A stretch of DNA of 62,899 bases from Candidatus Multivorans thiocomprendens. Its GTDB lineage: Bacteria > Acidobacteriota > Thermoanaerobaculia > Multivoradales > Multivoraceae. The stretch is from assembly GCA_027493375.1 (NCBI GenBank), contig JAPVWO010000247.1, forward strand, positions 1 through 62,899, read 5' to 3'. Both the position numbers and the translations under genes were made by a program. The notes under the pieces were generated by a model that saw nothing but the letters and a program-made list of their open reading frames with translations, was not told the DNA's origin and did not search any database. This document shows, piece by piece, positions 27,401 through 35,524 of the stretch (position 1 is the stretch's first letter; every line of letters begins with the position of its first letter).

Positions 27401-27908
27401 GGTAGCTGTTGCCGACGATCAACCGCCAGCCGCCCTCCCCCGCGCTCATGTCGACGGCTGCATGGAGCGAGACCGCCGTGAAGCCGGCGGTCTGGCTGAC
27501 GCCTCCAGGTAGCAGACGATCCAGGGGCAGATCGTGCCGAAGGCCAGGACCGCCCCAGGCTTGCGCCAGATCGTCGGGATCGACCAGAACCAGGGTGCGT
27601 CCTCCCGTGAGGCTGGCCCGGTCCAACTCCTCGAACACGCTCTGTCTGGCCTCCACCGAGCCGAGGGGCAGATCGACAGTGCCGCGGACTCTCTCGGCCG
27701 CGCGTTCGGCATCCGCCAGCAGATCGAGCAGCAGGTCCCGGTAGGCGGATTCCATGGCGGCCGTCTGGGCGCGCGTCGGCAGCGGGGCCCCGTCGCTGCC
27801 CCGTGGCCAGCGATCGACCGCGAACAGGACGGCGGCCAGAGCGAACAGCCCGAAGATGATGCGAAGCTCGGCCGTACCTCCGCCGCGGCGGCCCACCGAG
27901 GCAGTCAT
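24444..27908 (-). CDS. Large membrane sensor histidine kinase (NtrY-like)
   Basis: Multiple TM segments, HAMP, AWAEMARLIAHEVKNPLTPI H-box, NLIENA, DRGPG, FEPYFST, GTGLGL. Confidence 0.9.
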   Translation of the reverse strand: MTASVGRRGGGTAELRIIFGLFALAAVLFAVDRWPRGSDGAPLPTRAQTAAMESAYRDLLLDLLADAERAAERVRGTVDLPLGSVEARQSVFEELDRASLTGGRTLVLVDPDDLAQAWGGPGLRHDLPLDRLLPGGVSQTAGFTAVSLHAAVDMSAGEGGWRLIVGNSYPTDSLPFPTPFGLRRHDVRWSVRDHSAEPLTPALEALGIRELGPPDGVPGPWLRLRFEPAAGQSSSVGTSFAVVAFVLGVGLSMVWLFRRWSARAPAKPRSAAATLGLTGIVAATAYGLFRWRIWVAEATGAPPDPGSSFRGPIGDWVVLLAAWLILAAASFWALGWSEGRDWLHVLMTAAAAAAGVGVLADATHRPALRALLTESVQEGLDAPQPGEVAALARRTSAFLAGTDLRMLALGDPREVDDHQDLALELWSRSPLAASGMVSALAVIRESGVSTFSYGLPVDPETGTLDAASARWPSGDLPIWQRQRSASDELSVGSAGQDRVTVRFWTAALPKADVWSRVTSGAGAELQVRLLRGGPDRSPSGPAPSANAEIAYVDGAGRPLVSRWQEDWLLPPPSEAVDPRRILNVETPAGPALAWFSPTDVPGLWIVALLPEEAVAERLWRIATVATRLVLAVSVVALAVLLISLPTAKLRRRLLPDIRRYSVRLTAVLALIAIVPLTLLNGLLVRNLAARVQAEQEAAGRTALVSLEYVLTDFLLGLEAGFSIDAQLDDELLSWLAEVVGHEVNLYWRGSVYASSKPDLFTAGLMPERIPGNVYGRLALLGHPTAARVQTTRQGTSYLELYTPVSLGEVRPGESGLFVSVPLLAQQEAATGELAALRRQALVVTTALVLLLVTAGARLARGFTRPLVRMMDGADRIAGGAASLGFAPRETELRTLAEAIDGMAARIASTRAELVRAQRLEAWAEMARLIAHEVKNPLTPIRLSTEHLRQVWRDAPDRLEEVFDRCTGNILAQVEELARTAGEFSTYSRIPLARPAPDDLAEAVREVVDGYGSTAHGAVAVRFESEPGAAVAVLAFDRRLVQRALRNLIENALRASSRDGEVLVRVEPCGPDGTVALTVSDRGPGVSDGDLERIFEPYFSTSGGGTGLGLPIARRIVEEHGGSIAAAARPGGGLAVRIVLPGGQSDGSSSAGASS

Positions 27909-28573
27909 GATTCGGTCGCTGCCGCCCGGACGGACCGGAGAATCCGGGCCGCGACCTGCCCGGCGTCGCCGGCCGAGGTGTCGATCAACTCGTAGGTTTC
28001 GTCGCGCCTCAAGGGCGAAGCGCTACGGCGGGTGTCGCGTTCGTCCCGGGCGCGCATCTCCCTCAACAGCCGGCCCCGGTCGCCGCGCCCGCGGCCGGCA
28101 AGCTGGCGCAACCGGCGCTCGGCCCGGATCTCGAGCGGCGCCTCCAGATAGAACTTGTGCGGGGTATCGGGAAAGACGACCGTGCCGATGTCCCTTCCCT
28201 CCACCACCGCGCCCTCCCTGGCGGCGAACTCGCGCTGCTTCGCAACGAGCCAGGAACGAACCGCCGGATGGACGGCAACCCGCGAGGTCGCCGCGTCGAC
28301 CCGCGGGGTTCGGAGCCGGGCGCCCGGCGCTGTGCCGTCCACGACCACTTCGGCTTCGTCGCTCCGCGGGCGCAGCTCGAAGTGGAGCCCCGCGATCAAC
28401 CGGCCCATCGCCGGCCCGTCAGCCGGATCGAGACCTTCCTTCAGGGCCTTCCACGCGACGGCCCGGTACATGGAGCCGGTATCGAGGTAGGGCACGCCGA
28501 GTTGCGCCGCCACCTGCCGCGCCACGGTGCTCTTGCCGACGCCGGCCGGGCCGTCGATCGCCACGACGGTCAT
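27905..28573 (-). CDS. cmk: Cytidylate kinase
   Basis: VAIDGPAGVGKST, YLDTGSMYR, EGRDIGTVVFP; ATG 28573 overlaps the upstream stop. Confidence 0.96.
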   Translation of the reverse strand: MTVVAIDGPAGVGKSTVARQVAAQLGVPYLDTGSMYRAVAWKALKEGLDPADGPAMGRLIAGLHFELRPRSDEAEVVVDGTAPGARLRTPRVDAATSRVAVHPAVRSWLVAKQREFAAREGAVVEGRDIGTVVFPDTPHKFYLEAPLEIRAERRLRQLAGRGRGDRGRLLREMRARDERDTRRSASPLRRDETYELIDTSAGDAGQVAARILRSVRAAATES

Positions 28574-29385
28574 CGGCGCCGCGGTTTCCGCCGGCGCGGA
28601 CGTGGCGAGCCTCTGCCGGACCTTGGTCCCGGGCCGCCGCGAAGAGCGCCGAGCTCGTCGCTCGAGAGCTCGCGCCAGGCCCCGAGCGGAAGCTCCGCAT
28701 CCTCGAGGGAACCGATCGCCACGCGGCGCAAACGCTGCACCGGGTGCCCGACGCGGAAGAACATCTCGCGGATCTGACGCGTCCTCCCCTCGACCAACTC
28801 GATCTTCCACCAGCTCGAGGCGCGGGCCGGGCGAGCGCCCCGCCGGGCCGGCGCCCGGGTCAGTCTCAGCGGTGCGGTCCGGCGACCCGCGATCACCATG
28901 CCGCCTCGAAGGCGGGCGATCGCCGAATCCCCCGGCAGTCCCCGAACCTTCGCGAGGTACCGCTTGGAGCAGCCGAACCGGGGGTGCGTCAGTCGGTAGG
29001 CCAGATCGCCGTCATCGGTTACCAGCAGCAGGCCCTCCGTTCCGTAGTCGAGCCGTCCGACGGGCTTCAGCCGTCGCCGCCACCTCTCGGGGACGAGATC
29101 CATTACCGTGGGCCGACCCTCGGGGTCCGAGCGGGTGGTCACGTAGCCGGCGGGCTTGTTCAGCAGGACGTATCGCGACGCGGCGTGCCGACGAATCGGC
29201 TCGCCGTCGACAAGGACCGCGACCGGAGTCGCGCCTGCCTCGGCAACCCGGTCGCCGAGCACCGCCACGCGGCCGTCGATCGTGACCCGCCCTTCCCGGA
29301 TGAGGTCTTCCGCTGCCCGGCGGGACGCGATACCCGCTCGCGAGAGAACCTTCTGGAGCCGTTCGCCCCGCCCCTGGTCAGCCAT
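28570..29385 (-). CDS. rluB: RsuA/RluB family pseudouridine synthase
   Basis: ERLQKVLSRAGIASRR S4 domain, NKPAG, VGRLDYGTEGLLL, EGRTRQIREM; scpAB-rluB-cmk order. Confidence 0.85.
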   Translation of the reverse strand: MADQGRGERLQKVLSRAGIASRRAAEDLIREGRVTIDGRVAVLGDRVAEAGATPVAVLVDGEPIRRHAASRYVLLNKPAGYVTTRSDPEGRPTVMDLVPERWRRRLKPVGRLDYGTEGLLLVTDDGDLAYRLTHPRFGCSKRYLAKVRGLPGDSAIARLRGGMVIAGRRTAPLRLTRAPARRGARPARASSWWKIELVEGRTRQIREMFFRVGHPVQRLRRVAIGSLEDAELPLGAWRELSSDELGALRGGPGPRSGRGSPRPRRRKPRRR

Positions 29386-29995
29386 CCCCTGAGTCCATCG
29401 GCGCCAGGGCGAGGCCGGCCTGAGGGACCTCTTCCTCCGCCGCGGCCAGGAAGGTCTCCTCGAACTCCTCGAGCGGCGGCAGTTCCGACAGCGAGTGCAA
29501 GCCGAAGTGAAGCAGGAAGTCGCGCGTCGTGGCGTAGAGAAACGGGCTGCCCACGACCTCCTTGCGGCCGGCGATACGGATCAGGCGCCGTTCGAGCAGC
29601 GTCTTGAGGACGCCGGCGGAGTTCCGGCCCCGAAGGTCCTGGATCTCGGGGCTGGTCACCGGTTGACGGTAGGCAACGATCGCCAGGGTTTCCAGGGCGG
29701 CCATCGAGAGCTTGCTGCGTCCGGCGACGTCGAAGTACTTCCGCAGATAGGCATGGAGGTCCGGGCGCGTCACCAGCCGGTAGCCCCCGCCCGCCTGGTC
29801 GACGACGACTCCGCGGTCCGGCTGCGCGCGGGACTCGTCGGCGCGGTAGCGCGCGAGAACTGTCTGAAGAGCTTCGCGCGCCTGCTCCCGGGAGCTCTCG
29901 GGAAAGACCTCGAGCAGCTTCTCTTCGGGCTGCGCATCCGGGCTCGCAAACAGCAGCGCCTCGAACACCGCGGCCATCTCCGCCTGGTCGGTCAT
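29378..29995 (-). CDS. scpB: SMC-Scp complex subunit ScpB
   Basis: FEALLFAS, LSMAALETLAIVAYRQPVT, LYATTRDFLLHFGL. Confidence 0.96.
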   Translation of the reverse strand: MTDQAEMAAVFEALLFASPDAQPEEKLLEVFPESSREQAREALQTVLARYRADESRAQPDRGVVVDQAGGGYRLVTRPDLHAYLRKYFDVAGRSKLSMAALETLAIVAYRQPVTSPEIQDLRGRNSAGVLKTLLERRLIRIAGRKEVVGSPFLYATTRDFLLHFGLHSLSELPPLEEFEETFLAAAEEEVPQAGLALAPMDSGDG

Positions 29996-30786
29996 CCGCT
30001 GAAGTCCTCAAGCAAGATCGGATCCAGCGGTCGCGTCGTCCGAAAGAGCAGTACCGAGCTGTCCCCGGCCGAGTGGAGCCGGACGAGATTCAGTCTCGCC
30101 ATCTCGAGAACCGCCAGGAAGCAGGCGATTGCCTCGGCCCGGCTCGACAGCGAGAAGAGGTCATCCTGGAGATCGAGCGACCGCCCACCGTCGAAGCGCT
30201 GCAGAAGCCTCTCGATCTGGCCTCGAACGCTGAACGTCTCGCCCTGGTAGGTCAGCGGGCTCGGATGTTCCTCGTCGTAGCGCTTCAGCACGTTGCGCAG
30301 GACCTGAAGGAGGTCGAAAAGGGAGAGATCCCCCATGTCGAACTCCTCCCCGTCGTCCCCGGGCGCCGCGGCCGGCGTGGCGCCGCGCGTCCACAGCCCA
30401 TGGCGGAGATCGTCGACTTCCGCGAGCGTTTGCGCCGCCTCCTTCAGCCGCTGGTACTCGAGGAGCCGTTCGATCAGCTCGCGCCGCGGGTCCTCGGGCG
30501 CTTCGCCAGCTTCCGGGTCGGGTTGGGGCAGCAGCACTTTGGCCTTGAGCTGAATCAGCCGAGCGGCCTCGTAGATGTACTCGGCGGCTATGTCCAGGTC
30601 GAGCTCGTCCATCAGGGCCAGGTACTCGTGGAACTGGTCGCAGATCGGCGCGACCGGGATGTCCGTGATCTCGATCTCGCTGACGCGGACCAGATGCAGC
30701 AGCAGGTCGAGAGGGCCCTCGAAAGCAGGGAGCTGAACCCTCCACGACGCCGGCAACAGGCCGCCGTGCCCATCCACGAGCTTCAT
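29992..30786 (-). CDS. scpA: Segregation/condensation protein A
   Basis: FEGPLDLLLHL, EDPRRELIERLLEYQR, FLAVLEM; ATG 30786 overlaps the upstream TGA (alternative GTG 30804). Confidence 0.95.
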   Translation of the reverse strand: MKLVDGHGGLLPASWRVQLPAFEGPLDLLLHLVRVSEIEITDIPVAPICDQFHEYLALMDELDLDIAAEYIYEAARLIQLKAKVLLPQPDPEAGEAPEDPRRELIERLLEYQRLKEAAQTLAEVDDLRHGLWTRGATPAAAPGDDGEEFDMGDLSLFDLLQVLRNVLKRYDEEHPSPLTYQGETFSVRGQIERLLQRFDGGRSLDLQDDLFSLSSRAEAIACFLAVLEMARLNLVRLHSAGDSSVLLFRTTRPLDPILLEDFSG

Positions 30787-31982
30787 CCGGATGGATTCTC
30801 CCACACTGCCGGCACCGAAAGGCCCGCCGAGCGCAGAGCCTCGAACCAGTGCCGGGCCGCGTGGTGCGGGCGAAATCGCCGATCGAGGCGCTGCCGTCCC
30901 GCCTCGCCGCGGACTCGCGCCTCACAAGGATCGGACATCGCCTCGATCAGCGCAGCAGCGAGCGCGGCCGAGCGTTCAGGCGGCACGAGCCAGCCGGTCT
31001 CCCCATCGACCACGACCTCGGGAATGCCGCTGACCGCCGACGCGATGACGGGGACGCCGTCGCTCATCGCTTCCAGGACGACGAGAGGCATGCCCTCGTA
31101 GGTCGAGGGCACGACCAGCGCGGCCGCCCGCCGCCGCAACCGAGCCGTTTCCGATCGGGAGCAGCGTCCCGCCCAGCGAACGCCGCCGTCCAGTCCGAGC
31201 CGTTCGCACAGCCTGCCGAGGGCCTCCCGACGCTCGCCGTCGCCCGCCACGACCAGGTGCAGGCGATGGCCGCGATCGCGCGCCTGCGCCGTCGCCTGCA
31301 ACAGGATTTCCATTCCCTTCCGTATGCGCAGCCGGCCCACCGCCAGAACGTATGGCTCGGCGTCAGCCGGTTCGTCCCGGCCGGAGGCGCGCACGGGTTC
31401 GCCGGCGCGGACGTCCAACGGGGCGCCGGTGACGTTCGGCACCACCCGCACATCCTCCACGCCGTAGTCGTGCTCGATCTCCCGCGCGGTCGCCCGGCTC
31501 GGGGCAAGCCGCACGTCCGACCGCCTGGCGGTCAGCCGGCCGAGCGCGATGTGCAGGGGCGTGCGGAGGGCGCGGAACAGCCGCTCGCTCCGAACCGGTC
31601 GGGCGACCACGCTGGCGTCCCGGTCATGATCGACGAGTGGGCGGACCGCCCGGCGTTCCCGCACGTAGCTCACCTGCTGGAGCGCCACCAGCAGGGGCCT
31701 CTCCGCGCGGTCGAGCCGCGCGAGATCGCGGATCACCAGGCCGCCGTCGCTCTCATGCACCTGCACGACGTCCGGCTTCCACTCCCGGACCACGCGCCGG
31801 ACGGCCCTTCGCGCCCGCCAGGGAAACGCGGGCTTGGAGACGTTCGGTCCACAACGGTCGCGACCCAGGACGTCGACTTCGCAACCGGCCTCCCTCAGCG
31901 CCCAGGCGAGCTGCAATACCTGTTCCCCGGCGCCGGACAGGTCCCTCGGCGGAAGCACGTTGGCGACCAGCAACACCTTCAT
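30783..31982 (-). CDS. Glycosyltransferase family 4
   Basis: MKVLLV start, VGRLRIRKG, PSTYEGMPLVVLEAM (EX7E), GIPEVV. Confidence 0.9.
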   Translation of the reverse strand: MKVLLVANVLPPRDLSGAGEQVLQLAWALREAGCEVDVLGRDRCGPNVSKPAFPWRARRAVRRVVREWKPDVVQVHESDGGLVIRDLARLDRAERPLLVALQQVSYVRERRAVRPLVDHDRDASVVARPVRSERLFRALRTPLHIALGRLTARRSDVRLAPSRATAREIEHDYGVEDVRVVPNVTGAPLDVRAGEPVRASGRDEPADAEPYVLAVGRLRIRKGMEILLQATAQARDRGHRLHLVVAGDGERREALGRLCERLGLDGGVRWAGRCSRSETARLRRRAAALVVPSTYEGMPLVVLEAMSDGVPVIASAVSGIPEVVVDGETGWLVPPERSAALAAALIEAMSDPCEARVRGEAGRQRLDRRFRPHHAARHWFEALRSAGLSVPAVWENPSG

Positions 31983-34108
31983 GACAGAAGGCCGGGGATG
32001 CGCCGCCCCAACTGTCGCCGCAGGGCGTCGTTCTCGGGATCGGTCAGACGGTCCAGCAGTTCGGCGGCGTCCTGCCGAGCAGCGACCAGCCAACTCCAGT
32101 CGCGCGCCAAGTCCCCGAACCGGAACCGCGGCAGGCCGGCCTGACGCGTGCCGAGGACCTCGCCCGGTCCCCGTTGCCGCATGTCCTCTTCCGCGATCCG
32201 GAAACCGTCGGTCGAAGCCGCGAACACTTCCAGGCGGCGCTCCGCCTCGGGCGAAGGCTCTCCCGCGATCGCGATGCAGAGGGGCTCTCCCAGCGCCGGG
32301 TCCGTGCCGCGGCCGATCCGCCCCCGTAACTGATGCAACTGGGCGAGGCCGAAGCGCTCGGCCCCCAGAATGACCATCGCCGTGGCCTCGGGCACGTCGA
32401 CGCCGACTTCGATCACGGTCGTGGCCAGCAGCACCTGGATCGATCCATCCGCGAAGCTGCCCATCGTCTCATCCCGCTCCTGGCGCCCGAGACGTCCGTG
32501 GACGATCCCGGAGGGAGCCGCGAGCGCCCGCGCCCACTTCGGCCCGGACTCCATGAGTGAAGGCAACCCCGCGGCCGCGCCCTCACCGCCGTCGATCAGG
32601 GGGAAGACCACGTAGGCGCGGCCGCCGCTCTCCAGGCGCCGCCGCACCTCCTCCACCGCCTCCTCCATCCCGCCGTCCGTCGTCACCCGGGTCTCGATCT
32701 GGCGGCGACCCGGCGGCATCTCGTCCAGTATCGACACGTCGAGATCACCGTACACCGTGAGCGCAAGCGACCTGGGAATCGGGGTTGCCGTCATGACCAG
32801 GAGGTCCGGTCGGAAGCCCTTCCCAGCCAGGGACTGCCGCTGGACCACGCCGAAACGATGCTGTTCATCGATCACCGCAAGGCCCAGCCGCGCGAACCGG
32901 GTGCGCTCCTCGATCAACGCGTGGGTGCCGACGACGAGGTCGATCCCGCCGTCCGCGATGCGCTCCTCGACGGCGCCGCCGTCGCTGGCCGCGCGCTGGC
33001 TCGAGGTGACGAGGGCGATGGCCATCCGGGAGCCCAGCAGTCGCGCCAGGGAGACGAAGTGCTGCTCGGCCAGGAGCTCCGTCGGCGCCATCAGCGCCGA
33101 TTGCAGGTCGCTTCGGGCGGCGATGAGACAGGAGAGGGCCGCCAGGACCGTCTTGCCGCTCCCCACGTCGCCCTGGACCAGGCGCAGCATGGGCTCCTTC
33201 CTGCCGAGATCGTCGGCAATCTCCCCGAGTACCCGTTCCTGGCCGCCGGTCAGCCGAAACGGCAGGAGACCGGTCGCCGCCGTCCACGCGGCTGCGTCGG
33301 CGTGGTAGCGGTGGGGTTTTCCCGATCGACGGCGCTGGCGCCGGGCAGCGGCGAGCTGCAACTGCTGGAGCAGGAACTCACCGTAGGCGAGGCGGGCATG
33401 GGCCGGGCTCCGCCTGGCGTTCAGGTCCTCGATCGAGGTTTCCCGCGACGGTGAGTGAACTTCCGTCAGGGCCTCCGCCAGCCGGGGTAACCGGTGCTTC
33501 GTCCGCTCCTCGCGAGGAAGCCACTCCTCGATCCACTCCGGCCCCGACGTGTCCCGCAGACCCCGTATCGCATCGGCAACGAGCCGGGCCACTCGGGACG
33601 GCGGCACCTCCCCGATCCGGCCGTAGACGGGCCGCAGCCCTCCGCCATCGGGTTCTTCCCCGCCAATTCGCTCGACGGATGGGTTGGAGAGTTGCCAGGG
33701 ACCGTCTCCGCCGCGTCGCCGGAGCGGGCCGTGCAGGAGGTAGGGCACGCCCTCCTCGAGCTGCCGCGCCAGGTAGGGGCGGTTGAACCAGACCACGCCG
33801 ACTCTGGCCGCACCGTCGCGGGCGACCGCCTCCACGCGGGAGAAACGTCGCCGCCCGGCCCTCCCCTTGAGGAAGACTGGCCGCCTCAGGTCCTCCAGTC
33901 GCGCGACCACGGTCAGGGGACCGGGCTGCACGGACTCCTTTGCGTCGTCCTCGGCTCCCGGAAGGCGGCCGAGGGTGCGCCGGTCCTCGTAGCGGAGCGG
34001 GAGGTGCGCCAGCAGGTCCGCGATCCGCCGGCAGCCGGCGGCGGCCAGGCGACGCCCGAGCACCGGCCCGACGCCGCGCGCAGTGGTGATCGGATCGCGC
34101 CGGTCCAC
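31979..34108 (-). CDS. recG: ATP-dependent DNA helicase RecG
   Basis: PLRYEDR, QGDVGSGKT, IDEQHRFG, MTATPIPR, TTVIEVGVDVP, QLRGRIGR. Start set to GTG 34108 (ORF track 34201). Confidence 0.95.
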   Translation of the reverse strand: MDRRDPITTARGVGPVLGRRLAAAGCRRIADLLAHLPLRYEDRRTLGRLPGAEDDAKESVQPGPLTVVARLEDLRRPVFLKGRAGRRRFSRVEAVARDGAARVGVVWFNRPYLARQLEEGVPYLLHGPLRRRGGDGPWQLSNPSVERIGGEEPDGGGLRPVYGRIGEVPPSRVARLVADAIRGLRDTSGPEWIEEWLPREERTKHRLPRLAEALTEVHSPSRETSIEDLNARRSPAHARLAYGEFLLQQLQLAAARRQRRRSGKPHRYHADAAAWTAATGLLPFRLTGGQERVLGEIADDLGRKEPMLRLVQGDVGSGKTVLAALSCLIAARSDLQSALMAPTELLAEQHFVSLARLLGSRMAIALVTSSQRAASDGGAVEERIADGGIDLVVGTHALIEERTRFARLGLAVIDEQHRFGVVQRQSLAGKGFRPDLLVMTATPIPRSLALTVYGDLDVSILDEMPPGRRQIETRVTTDGGMEEAVEEVRRRLESGGRAYVVFPLIDGGEGAAAGLPSLMESGPKWARALAAPSGIVHGRLGRQERDETMGSFADGSIQVLLATTVIEVGVDVPEATAMVILGAERFGLAQLHQLRGRIGRGTDPALGEPLCIAIAGEPSPEAERRLEVFAASTDGFRIAEEDMRQRGPGEVLGTRQAGLPRFRFGDLARDWSWLVAARQDAAELLDRLTDPENDALRRQLGRRIPGLLS

Positions 34109-34118
34109 GTCGGCGGCT

Positions 34119-35027
34119 CTAGGACCGGACCTCGAGAGTCGCGGTCCCGGGGTCGAGACGGACCCTGGCGCCAAGAGGGAAGGTGTGGTTCGGCGCTTCA
34201 TGGCCAGCGGGCAGACCGGCGAACAGGGGCACGTCCAGGGACTCGGCGAAGTCGATCAGGCTGGCACGAGCTTCGTCATCGCAACTGGTGAAGTGCCCGG
34301 CGATCACTGCCTGGATCCCGGCCGTCAGGCGGGATGTCCGAACCTGGGTGAGCAGTCGGTCGAGGCGGTACTCCGGCTCGTCGATGTCCTCCAGCACCAG
34401 GATCGAGTCCCGGAAACCGGGCAGTGCCCCCGTTCCGACCGCCGCCGCCAGCATGGTCAGGCATCCTCCGAGCAGCGGGCCCTCGATCGGCTGAGGTCGG
34501 CCGGCCGACGATTGTCGAGAGATTCCCTCGAGGGCCCAGGGCCGCGGACGCCGGCCGGCCAGCGCGTCGAGAAAGGAACGGCGCTCGTCCGGCAGCAGGC
34601 CCCTCGCGAAGTCCACCAGCATGGGACCGTGGAAGGCCATCGTTCCCGTCCTGGCGACGAGCCCCAGGAGCAGCGGCGTCAGGTCCGAGTAGCCGACGTA
34701 GGGGCGCGGCCTGGCCGCGAGCAGATCCCAGTCCACCCGCTCCAGAATGCGCGTGACGCCGTAGCCGCCACGCGCGAAGATGATTCCCGCGACCGACTCG
34801 TCGGCCGCCAGCTGATGGAAGGCGTCGAGCCGCTCGACGTCCGAGCCCGCGAACAGCGGACGGCCGCCAAGCCGCGCCTCGGGATGGAGGTTCGAGGCCA
34901 GCACCGTCCCGAAACCCAGCTCCTCCAGTGCGGCAACGCCGGACGACAGGCGATCCGGGTCGATCGGACCGGAGAGTGCCGCGATGCCCAACCGCTCGCC
35001 GGGTCCGACCGGCGGCGGACGTTCCAC
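34119..35027 (-). CDS. LD-carboxypeptidase (peptidase S66)
   Basis: ARGGYG, GYSD (Ser), LED (Glu), AGH (His). Start GTG 35027 or TTG 35081. Confidence 0.9.
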   Translation of the reverse strand: MERPPPVGPGERLGIAALSGPIDPDRLSSGVAALEELGFGTVLASNLHPEARLGGRPLFAGSDVERLDAFHQLAADESVAGIIFARGGYGVTRILERVDWDLLAARPRPYVGYSDLTPLLLGLVARTGTMAFHGPMLVDFARGLLPDERRSFLDALAGRRPRPWALEGISRQSSAGRPQPIEGPLLGGCLTMLAAAVGTGALPGFRDSILVLEDIDEPEYRLDRLLTQVRTSRLTAGIQAVIAGHFTSCDDEARASLIDFAESLDVPLFAGLPAGHEAPNHTFPLGARVRLDPGTATLEVRS

Positions 35028-35037
35028 GCGGACAGGG

Positions 35038-35073
35038 CCGTCAGAAGCAGGGTGCCCGTCAGGAGCAGGGTGC
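35038..35073. repeat. 18-bp tandem duplication (one mismatch)
   Basis: CCGTCAGAAGCAGGGTGC CCGTCAGGAGCAGGGTGC. Confidence 0.8.
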
Positions 35074-35083
35074 AAGGTCAAGT

Positions 35084-35496
35084 GCCGGAGGACCTCGTAA
35101 GCCGGATTCTGTTCGTCCCACGGCCCGAAGGCTTCGGGAGGCGGCCATTCATCTATGCGACCTACCCGGAGAACGTCCCGCGCCGCGAACAGCCCGGAAC
35201 CGGGACGGACAGCCCGATCCGCTCTCCCTATTTGGTCTTGCTCCACATGGGGTTTGCCATCGCCTCGGACCGTCGCCGGCCGAGCGGTGCGCTCTTACCG
35301 CACCGTTTCACCCTTGCCTGCCCTCTCCCTCGGGATCCCCTGGGACCCCGAAGATCCGGGACCGGCGGTCTGCTCTCTGCTGCACTTTCCGTCGCGTTAC
35401 CGCGCCTTGCCGTTAGCAAGCATGCCGTCCGTTGGAGTCCGGACTTTCCTCCACCGGCGGTTCCCCGCCGGCAGCGACCGCGTCCGGCCCTCCGGC
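35084..35496 (-). ncRNA. rnpB: RNase P RNA (type A)
   Basis: Minus strand has GAGGAAAGTCCGG, AGTGCAGCAGAGAG, GGTGAAACGGTGCGGTAAGAG, GGAGCAAGACCAAA and ACAGAATCCGGCTTAC; terminal P1 pairing GCCGGAGG/CCTCCGGC. Confidence 0.96.
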
Positions 35497-35524
35497 GCGC
35501 CAGAGACTAGCAGCCTGCGCTCCC

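Noticed and set aside
28574-28810. Long N-terminal extension of cmk
   Set aside because: It overlaps rluB in another frame; the Cmk P-loop starts right after ATG 28573.
35082-35246. N-terminal extension of the LD-carboxypeptidase ORF
   Set aside because: It overlaps conserved RNase P RNA sequence.
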